Virus record (IMG/VR): IMGVR_UViG_3300006224_000001
Location: 1-50,145 of that record
DNA: 50,145 nt
Direction: 5' to 3' (one strand)
DNA from: a virus
Taxonomy: Duplodnaviria; Caudoviricetes
The translations under genes were made by a program, and so were the position numbers. The notes beneath the pieces were generated by a model that was not told the origin of the DNA, did not search any database, and was given only the letters and a program-made list of their open reading frames with translations. Below, one piece after another: positions 36,470 to 43,956 of the stretch. Numbering within the stretch: the stretch's first letter is position 1; every line of letters begins with the position of its first letter.

Positions 36470-37438
36470 ATGTCAGTCACAGCCGGAACTTTGATAAATG
36501 ACGCATTATTTGAACTTGGCGTACTGGCCGAAGGTGATACGCCGACGACTGAAATGTCTAACTTGGCTCTCCGCGTCCTTAATCGGATGTTGGATTCGCT
36601 GAGTACCAATCAATCATTTGCTTACTTTCCGAACCTCTACACATGGCCGTTGACTGGTGAAGCTCAGTTTTACATCGGCCCTGCTTTAACTGCCACTTTC
36701 ACAGTAACGATTGCTGCGCCCGGAGTGTTTACTAGCGCCTCTCATGGTCTTAACATCGGCGATACGATCACATTGACTACAACTGGAGCTTTGCCTACTG
36801 GCCTCGCTACCGGGACAACGTACTACGTCATAACCGATGGATTCACAACCAGCACATTCCAACTATCGGCCACGAGGGATGGGACAGCGATTACAACTAC
36901 CGGCACACAGTCCGGGACACACACTTTTACACAGACAAGCTCCCTGACAAAGTATGTCGGGCAACGGCCTATCGGTATCGAATCGGCTTACCTTGAACGT
37001 TCAGGGATTCACTATCCTGTCCGTGTGGTGGATAACCAGATTTTCGACAGCATCATTTACCCTGCGGCGAGTGGAGCGAATACGGTTTATATCTGGTACG
37101 AAGCACAAGAACCTAACGGAATTCTTCATTGTTGGCCTTTGGCTTCTGGATGTACTTTAGGACTTCGTATCGTTAATCAAGTTGTGAATTTCACCGATTT
37201 GGTAACTGCGCAGATTCTCCCGCCTGGATATGAAGAATGTATTGTAAGCAATCTCTGCGTGAGACTTGCTCCTTTCTATCCTTCTGTAAGTCTTTCTCCG
37301 GTGACGGTGCAGAATGCTAAATCTTCTCTGAATATGATTCAGCGTAGAAATAACGTTATTCCCACTATGTCACTGCCGACTGCGGTGACGGTGAATAAGG
37401 GTGGGTTCTCGCTGGCTAACTTCTTGAGTGGGAACTAA
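36470..37438 (+). CDS. P22 gp4-like head-tail adaptor with an inserted ~85-aa domain
   Basis: LI.DAL.ELGVLA.G.TP...AL..LNRML and LPPGYEE....NL..RLAP motifs; insert at about 36685-36935. Confidence 0.82.
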   Translation: MSVTAGTLINDALFELGVLAEGDTPTTEMSNLALRVLNRMLDSLSTNQSFAYFPNLYTWPLTGEAQFYIGPALTATFTVTIAAPGVFTSASHGLNIGDTITLTTTGALPTGLATGTTYYVITDGFTTSTFQLSATRDGTAITTTGTQSGTHTFTQTSSLTKYVGQRPIGIESAYLERSGIHYPVRVVDNQIFDSIIYPAASGANTVYIWYEAQEPNGILHCWPLASGCTLGLRIVNQVVNFTDLVTAQILPPGYEECIVSNLCVRLAPFYPSVSLSPVTVQNAKSSLNMIQRRNNVIPTMSLPTAVTVNKGGFSLANFLSGN

Positions 37439-37440
37439 CC

Positions 37441-37599
37441 ATGCCATTCTCAAAAGCGCAAAATTCCTTGTTCAGACTTGCCGCTCATAATCCAGAAGTT
37501 GCAAAGGCTAGAGGCATCTCAATGGAAACCGCAAAGCGTTTAGCGAGTGAAGGCGTCAAACGAAAGAAGAACAAACTATCAGAAAAGGCAAAAATATGA
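37441..37599 (+). CDS. Small basic hypothetical protein
   Basis: Manual translation MPFSKAQNSLFRLAAHNPEVAKARGISMETAK...; ATGA overlap with the next gene. Confidence 0.65.
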   Translation: MPFSKAQNSLFRLAAHNPEVAKARGISMETAKRLASEGVKRKKNKLSEKAKI

Positions 37600-38057
37600 A
37601 AACTTCCGACCTGCAAGCTAAGATGGGCAAAAAAACTACCGAAGTGACCGAGAAACCGGAAACCAATGCGCAAGAGCAAACGGAAATGGCACAAGAGAAT
37701 CCGCACCCGATTAACCAACTCACGGCGCGGGTGTTTTCTGCTCGTAACGCTGCCCATAGAGCGCATTTACTGACTAAATCATTTTCTGAACATTCTGCAC
37801 TAGGTTCATTCTATGATGATGTAATCGGCGCGATGGATTCGATTATCGAAACCGATCAGGGAATGTACGGCCTTATCGGTGACTTCACCATCGAGGATGT
37901 AAAGCCTACCGACTTTGCGAAATTCGTCCGTGAGGAAGCAATGTGGATTGAGCTAAATCGAGATAAATTCTCAAAATGCGCGGCGACATTAGCATTGATT
38001 GACGATCTGACTGCTATTTATCTGCGGACTGCCTATAAACTGACGAATTTGAAGTAA
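37596..38057 (+). CDS. Ferritin/Dps-like four-helix protein (DUF5856-like)
   Basis: AH.AHL.TKSFSEH.ALG.FYD.....D.I.E..QG.YG...YKL..LK motif. Confidence 0.72.
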   Translation: MKTSDLQAKMGKKTTEVTEKPETNAQEQTEMAQENPHPINQLTARVFSARNAAHRAHLLTKSFSEHSALGSFYDDVIGAMDSIIETDQGMYGLIGDFTIEDVKPTDFAKFVREEAMWIELNRDKFSKCAATLALIDDLTAIYLRTAYKLTNLK

Positions 38058-38067
38058 GGAATCCGCC

Positions 38068-41000
38068 GTGAAGATGCCGGATTTTAACTCAGGGAATGAC
38101 GTACAGCGCAGCTTGAATCTTGCTGATAATCGCTGTGTTAATCTTTATCCAGTAACCGATGATAGCGGGACGATAGCGGCGTTTTACTCAACGCCTGGAC
38201 TCCTTGCCTACACTTCCGCTGCCTCGGCCTTCTCCGGCCTCTATACCGCGTCCAATGGGCGCTGTTTCGGCGTTTCTGGTACGATTCTATATGAAATCAC
38301 AACTGGTGGAGTTTTAACCAATCGCGGAACTGTTACCACTGCCTCAGTCAGCAAAATGTCAGACAACGGCATTGAACTGATTATCGTCAATGGCACGGAT
38401 GCATGGTTATTTACTTTTGCGACAAACGCACTAAAGAAAATCTCTACGCTGAGCGCAGATTTCACGGTGACTATTGCCAGCCCTGCGGTATTTTCTACTG
38501 TAGCGGCTCATGGTCTTGTGGCTGGGGATGCGATTCAACTTACCACAACATCTGGAAGTAATACGACAAGCGGAGTTTTGACAGCAAGTACTGCATCTCC
38601 GATTACGGCTCCTGATTATGTAACCTCTGTAATCACATCGCCAGATAGCCAATATGTTTATATTGCGACAAACAATGTAAATGGATATATCTATCAATAT
38701 ATACGAGATCAAGTTACAGGAGATTTATCGCCGTTAAGCCCTGCTTTTATCCCTATCCCCGGAGGGTATGGTAGTTCAATATGTTATTGCCTCGAAATAA
38801 CATCGGATGGAGCTTTTATTTTTGCGGGGTCTGGCGGTTCAATCCATACATTTTCAAGAAATGCAGTTACAGGGCAAATAACTTGGATTTCTGCTACTAC
38901 TTATGCTATTCAAACTTTCTATTCTATTAAACTATCATCTGATGGGACGTCGTTATATGCATATGGGAAATCTGGATTTTCTCCGCTCGTTCCAAATATT
39001 TATCAGTATAGTGTAAATCCTGCTACAGGAACAGTCACACCATTAAGTCCCGCCACTATCTCAGCATCGTTAGATACTGTTTATAGTTCGGCAATTTCTT
39101 CGAATGCTGGAACAACGCAAACATTGTATGTTCTTTCGCCATCTACAAATTTGATTCAATGTTATACCAGAACGGTAGCTACTGGATTGCTTACAGCAAT
39201 TACATCGGTTGCTACTGGTGCGGGGTCTGTTTCGATCATTATATCGCATGATAACGCGCACGTTTATGTGAGTTGTACAAATGCGATAAGGCATTACACC
39301 AGAAATACAGGGACTGGTGTAATTACACTAGCAGACACGTTAACGACTACCAATAATCCATCTCAATTAGTTATCAGCGCAGACGACACATGCGTTTATG
39401 CTTCCTCTCCTGATGGCGTAGTGATGGAATTTGACCGGAATACAACTACAGGCGTATTGACCGCAATGAGTACGCCGACTGTTCCTGCTGCCGGGACAAT
39501 CAACGCTATTGCTATCACAGCTAACGGAAAATCTGTCTATGCGATGAGCTATGGCCCTGTAGGTGCTTCGTTTACGTACATGTTCCAGCGTCAACAGTCA
39601 TCCTCTAATGTTGGACTCCCAACAGGACTAGACACGCTAACGACTTACTACGTCATAGCCGCAGGTTTAACTGCTACCAATTTCGAAGTATCTCTAACTG
39701 CTGGCGGAACTGCTGTAAACACATCCGGAGTCCAGGCTGGTATCCATACGTTTCACACACTCGGAAACGGATTCCCGAATGGTGCCAAGACAATTTCATA
39801 CATCGACGGACGCTTTGTAGTCTGCCAGCCAAACACGCAAAACTTCTATGTCTCAGATGTCCTAGCCGGGGGTACTTGGGATGCACTGAATGTTCAGACT
39901 GCCGACTCTAACCCTGACATGATTGTCGGACAGATTACTCTGCATAACGAACTAATCGTATTCTGCGAACAGTCGGGAGAAACATTCTATGACTCTGGAA
40001 CCTATCCCGCTCCATTCGTTCGTAACGTGTCGGGTATTTTCGAGGTAGGTTGTATCGCGCCGTATTCGATAGCAAAAATAGATAACTCTGTCATGTGGCT
40101 CGGGAAGAGCAACACAGGCCAAGGCGTGATTTATAGATTGAACGGTTACACTCCCGTAAGACTTTCAACTTATGCGATAGAGTACGCCATTCAAACCATG
40201 ACCACGATCAGTGATGCAATGGCTTTCACTTATCAGCAGGAAGGGCATCACTTCTACGTCATCACTTTCCCGACAGGAAACCGTACATTCGCATTCGATG
40301 TGAATACAGGATTATGGCATGAACGTGCCGGATGGAATGGGGCTACATTAAGTCGCTGGGCCGCGCAAGAATATACTTATTTTGATGGTAAACATCTTAT
40401 CTGTGATTACGCATCAGGGAATATTTATAGCCTTGATCTTGGTACATATACAGATGGAGTGAATGCTAAAAAGTGGATTCGTTCATGGAGAGCGCCTGCC
40501 TCGGATATGAAACGGGTGATTCATAATAAGTTGACACTTGAAGCAGAAGTCGGTGTAGGGCAAGGTTCTTTTTCAACCACTGGTGTAGTTAATTCTATTA
40601 CTTTGTCTAATCCAGGATCGTCAAGTAAAACTGTTTTATGGAATGCCGCAGTATCTTCAGGAATTACTGATATGACCGTATATGGTATTTCATGGAGCGG
40701 AAGTATCTATGTTGCTGTTGGAATGGGTAATACATATGGTTCTGACTGGACAATAAATTATTGTTATACATCTCCAGATGGTGTCGTATGGACAAAAAGA
40801 ACAATGACAATTACCCAGTTTTGGTATGGAGTTAGTTGGAATGGTTCTGTTTTTTGTGCAGTTGGTAATGGACAAACTTGCAATACGAGCCCAGATGGTA
40901 TCACTTGGACTGCAAGAACCATGTCTTCTGTTCAGTCGCATTATGCGATTACATATGGAGCTGGCTTCTTTGTTGCATGTGTTAATGGAGAGGCATTTGA

Positions 41001-41973
41001 AACTTCTCCAGATGGTATAACATGGACTGCCAGAAACGACCCAGGATCGGGAGGTATATCATGGTCTTCTATAACCTATAACGGAACTGCTTTTATTGCT
41101 ACTGCATTTTATGGAAGTACTGCGGCAACAGCTGCTTACTCAACAGATGGGATTACATGGGTATCAAAAACATTGCCATTTAATCAAAAATGGTGCGTAT
41201 CTTCTATTTCAACTGGATTTGTCGCATTGAGTAACGGAACTAATTACGCAACATCTCCAGACGGCATTACATGGACTGCAAGAACATTTCCTGTTGCGCT
41301 TTCTATTAAAACTGGAAATCAATTTATCAGTGGTGGCGGAGTTCATGTTATAGCCAATTCTGGAACAAATAATTCCTATGTTTCTGAGGATGGGATAACT
41401 TGGACGCTAGATGCAATTCCAGGCGTTTTAGCCATGTGGGGAGCGGCTACATATAACGGAACAAATATTGTTTATATGTCTGCAACTTCTGGCGGAGGTT
41501 ACACTTCTGCTTTTACATCTGGGCCCGCCGGATATAATGTCGGGCCTCACGCTATAATTTTTACCGGAGGAACTCCAACTGTTGCGGCGACTGGTACATA
41601 TACTATTAGTTCGATTACAGGAGAAATATCTTCTACGGTAATTACCAATACAGGGTCTGGATATATAACAACACCGACCGTTTCTTTTCCTTCTGGCGGG
41701 ATTATAGGAGCGATAGGTTCGGCTAATTTGACATGGACAAGTAGTTTTAATCCGACAGGAATAGAACCCACTGTTAACTTGAAATATTCCAATGATGGAG
41801 GACATACATGGTCTACCGATAATTGGAGGAGTATGTCTCTCGGAACAATCGGACAATATTCAAAACGTGTATTTTGGTATCGCTTGGGAATGACTACAGG
41901 ACAGGTTAGGTTATATGAGTTGAGCGGTCAAAGTCCCGTAAAAACGGTACTTTTATCAACATATCTTGAATGA
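38068..41973 (+). CDS. P22 gp10-like tail hub/DNA stabilisation protein, expanded by nested beta-propeller inserts
   Basis: NRCVNLYP..TPGL, SDNG, YIDGRFV, GCIAPYS, YQQEGH.FY and YSNDGGHTWS...G.IGQY.KRV.W.RLG motifs. Confidence 0.9.
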   Translation: MKMPDFNSGNDVQRSLNLADNRCVNLYPVTDDSGTIAAFYSTPGLLAYTSAASAFSGLYTASNGRCFGVSGTILYEITTGGVLTNRGTVTTASVSKMSDNGIELIIVNGTDAWLFTFATNALKKISTLSADFTVTIASPAVFSTVAAHGLVAGDAIQLTTTSGSNTTSGVLTASTASPITAPDYVTSVITSPDSQYVYIATNNVNGYIYQYIRDQVTGDLSPLSPAFIPIPGGYGSSICYCLEITSDGAFIFAGSGGSIHTFSRNAVTGQITWISATTYAIQTFYSIKLSSDGTSLYAYGKSGFSPLVPNIYQYSVNPATGTVTPLSPATISASLDTVYSSAISSNAGTTQTLYVLSPSTNLIQCYTRTVATGLLTAITSVATGAGSVSIIISHDNAHVYVSCTNAIRHYTRNTGTGVITLADTLTTTNNPSQLVISADDTCVYASSPDGVVMEFDRNTTTGVLTAMSTPTVPAAGTINAIAITANGKSVYAMSYGPVGASFTYMFQRQQSSSNVGLPTGLDTLTTYYVIAAGLTATNFEVSLTAGGTAVNTSGVQAGIHTFHTLGNGFPNGAKTISYIDGRFVVCQPNTQNFYVSDVLAGGTWDALNVQTADSNPDMIVGQITLHNELIVFCEQSGETFYDSGTYPAPFVRNVSGIFEVGCIAPYSIAKIDNSVMWLGKSNTGQGVIYRLNGYTPVRLSTYAIEYAIQTMTTISDAMAFTYQQEGHHFYVITFPTGNRTFAFDVNTGLWHERAGWNGATLSRWAAQEYTYFDGKHLICDYASGNIYSLDLGTYTDGVNAKKWIRSWRAPASDMKRVIHNKLTLEAEVGVGQGSFSTTGVVNSITLSNPGSSSKTVLWNAAVSSGITDMTVYGISWSGSIYVAVGMGNTYGSDWTINYCYTSPDGVVWTKRTMTITQFWYGVSWNGSVFCAVGNGQTCNTSPDGITWTARTMSSVQSHYAITYGAGFFVACVNGEAFETSPDGITWTARNDPGSGGISWSSITYNGTAFIATAFYGSTAATAAYSTDGITWVSKTLPFNQKWCVSSISTGFVALSNGTNYATSPDGITWTARTFPVALSIKTGNQFISGGGVHVIANSGTNNSYVSEDGITWTLDAIPGVLAMWGAATYNGTNIVYMSATSGGGYTSAFTSGPAGYNVGPHAIIFTGGTPTVAATGTYTISSITGEISSTVITNTGSGYITTPTVSFPSGGIIGAIGSANLTWTSSFNPTGIEPTVNLKYSNDGGHTWSTDNWRSMSLGTIGQYSKRVFWYRLGMTTGQVRLYELSGQSPVKTVLLSTYLE

Positions 41974-42001
41974 GAAAATAAGCATATTCTAATTTAGATT
42001 A

Positions 42002-42010
42002 TGCTATAAT
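42002..42010 (+). promoter_or_regulatory. Extended -10 promoter for the ejection-protein genes
   Basis: TGcTATAAT, preceded by ATAAG-N6-CTAAT (41978-41993). Confidence 0.65.
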
Positions 42011-42057
42011 TTAACGGAAGAATTTCTAACGCCTTGGTGGCGCTGAAAGGAACTAAA

Positions 42058-42756
42058 ATGGCATTATGGGCTGGTTTAATCGGTGCAGGGGTTGCGGCTT
42101 ATGGAGCTAATCAGCAAAAAGGCGCTATTGGTTCTGCTTCCGCCGCTCAACAAGCTGCAATGCAGCAATCTCTGGAAGAACAAAGGCGTCAGTTCGAGAT
42201 TGCGCAAAGTAATATGGCCCCATGGTTGGGGGCTGGTCGCAAAGCTCTAACAGCACAACAAGAACTAATGGGGCTTGGTGGAGATTATACTAATCAACTT
42301 TCCGCGCTTGCAAGTTCTCCTGGTTATCGTTTTAGACTTCAACAAGGCAAACAAGGCCTAGAGGCCGGATTGGCTGCTCGCGGAGGGATGGGTAGCGGTA
42401 AATCTATGGCCGCTGCAAATGAATACGGCCAAAATTTCGCCTCGAATGAATATGCTAATCGTTTGAATCAACTTGCAGGTCTTTCTGGTACAGGTCAAAC
42501 CACAGCCCAAAACATGGGCACGATGGGCGCTAACTACGGCATGAACTACGGAAACACCTTACAAAGTGGCGCGAATGCTTTGGGCGCGGCAGGAATAAAT
42601 GCGGCGAATGCCACTCAGTCTAGCATTTTAGGTGGGGCGAATCTTGGGCTTGGGATTTATCGTGCTAGCCAACAACCCGGTGGCTGGAATTATAAAACCA
42701 GTCAACCTAAAAACGGTCAATACTCGTCAGTACCAGATTCATTTTGGGAGTACTAA
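42058..42756 (+). CDS. DNA ejection/pilot protein (P22 gp7-like)
   Basis: APW..AG..AL, SPGY.FRL.QG, AARGG..SG and YGQ.FAS.EY motifs. Confidence 0.85.
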   Translation: MALWAGLIGAGVAAYGANQQKGAIGSASAAQQAAMQQSLEEQRRQFEIAQSNMAPWLGAGRKALTAQQELMGLGGDYTNQLSALASSPGYRFRLQQGKQGLEAGLAARGGMGSGKSMAAANEYGQNFASNEYANRLNQLAGLSGTGQTTAQNMGTMGANYGMNYGNTLQSGANALGAAGINAANATQSSILGGANLGLGIYRASQQPGGWNYKTSQPKNGQYSSVPDSFWEY

Positions 42757-43956
42757 ATGCCACTTGACCCAAATATCTACAGCCAACTTCAACCCAATGT
42801 CGCAATGGGCCTTGGGGATGTAGTCAATCGCTATGTCGATCAAACCCAAGCTGATGCTGAGAAGAAAAATCGTCTAGCCCAAATGGCTCAGGCTGGAGAA
42901 CTTCAAGGCTTGCAACTCCAACAAGCCAAACAAGCTGCTGCCGATGAGGCTGCTTATCGTGGCGCGCTTCAAGAAGCTGGTGGTGATGTTACAGGACTGG
43001 TAAAAAAACTCCGTGCACAAGGCGTTCATGGATTGGCAGATCAATTAGAAAAGCAACAAATTGAACAGCAAAAGTCCGGATTGGAATTTGGCATCAAACG
43101 ACACGAAGCAATGACAAATGTTTTCGGAGATATTGCACAAAACCCAGATCAATATCAAACGATAATTGATGCCTCGGTTAAATCTGGCGCATTGCATCCA
43201 GAAGATGCAGTTGGAATGAAATCCAGACTTGCTACATTGCCGCCAGAGAAAATAGCCGAAGCTGCGAATAGAGGAAGTATTTTGGCGAAAGATTGGTCAG
43301 CAAGGCAATCTGCGCTTCTCAATCCTGCACCACAAATGCATATTATCGAGACAGAAGGCGGACAGCAAGTTGTGGATTTAACCAATCCCAACACGCCTAA
43401 ACAATTCGGGCCTAAGCCAAAACAGGATAATACTTTGGTGGCGGTAGTCGGGCCGGATGGTGTTACTCCTATCTTGGTAAACAGAACACAAGCCGCTGGA
43501 ATGACTCCATTTAGCAAAGGTGCGGCAAGTCCTAATCAACATATTGCAGATGCAAGGGAAAGTAATGCATTGTTAGACCAAGTTGAAAAAATAGGACCAT
43601 TAGCTACTGGAAGCGGAGCTGGGAAATTAAGGGATATAGCTGCAGGATTTGTCGGACAATCAACCGAGGGCGCTAATAACGCCGCAAAGATGAAAGTTTT
43701 GGGCGCTTCTCTTACTTCCAAAGTTCCTAAAATGTCCGGGCCACAGTCTGATAAAGACGTTGCTATGTATAAAGAGGCAGCGGGTAACATTGCAGACGCT
43801 TCTGTTCCTTGGGAACAAAAGAAGGCAGCGATTGAGACGATTCGAGAAATCAACAATCGTCAGCTTTCGTATGGGAATAACATTAGCGGACAACCTGCAC
43901 AAGCAGCGCCGACATTTACAAAAACGAAATCAGGTGCTACTACTTCTGGATGGTAA
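42757..43956 (+). CDS. DNA ejection protein (gp20-like position)
   Basis: MPLDPNI start, Q/A-rich helices, PKMSGPQSDKDV..Y..AAG motif. Confidence 0.72.
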   Translation: MPLDPNIYSQLQPNVAMGLGDVVNRYVDQTQADAEKKNRLAQMAQAGELQGLQLQQAKQAAADEAAYRGALQEAGGDVTGLVKKLRAQGVHGLADQLEKQQIEQQKSGLEFGIKRHEAMTNVFGDIAQNPDQYQTIIDASVKSGALHPEDAVGMKSRLATLPPEKIAEAANRGSILAKDWSARQSALLNPAPQMHIIETEGGQQVVDLTNPNTPKQFGPKPKQDNTLVAVVGPDGVTPILVNRTQAAGMTPFSKGAASPNQHIADARESNALLDQVEKIGPLATGSGAGKLRDIAAGFVGQSTEGANNAAKMKVLGASLTSKVPKMSGPQSDKDVAMYKEAAGNIADASVPWEQKKAAIETIREINNRQLSYGNNISGQPAQAAPTFTKTKSGATTSGW

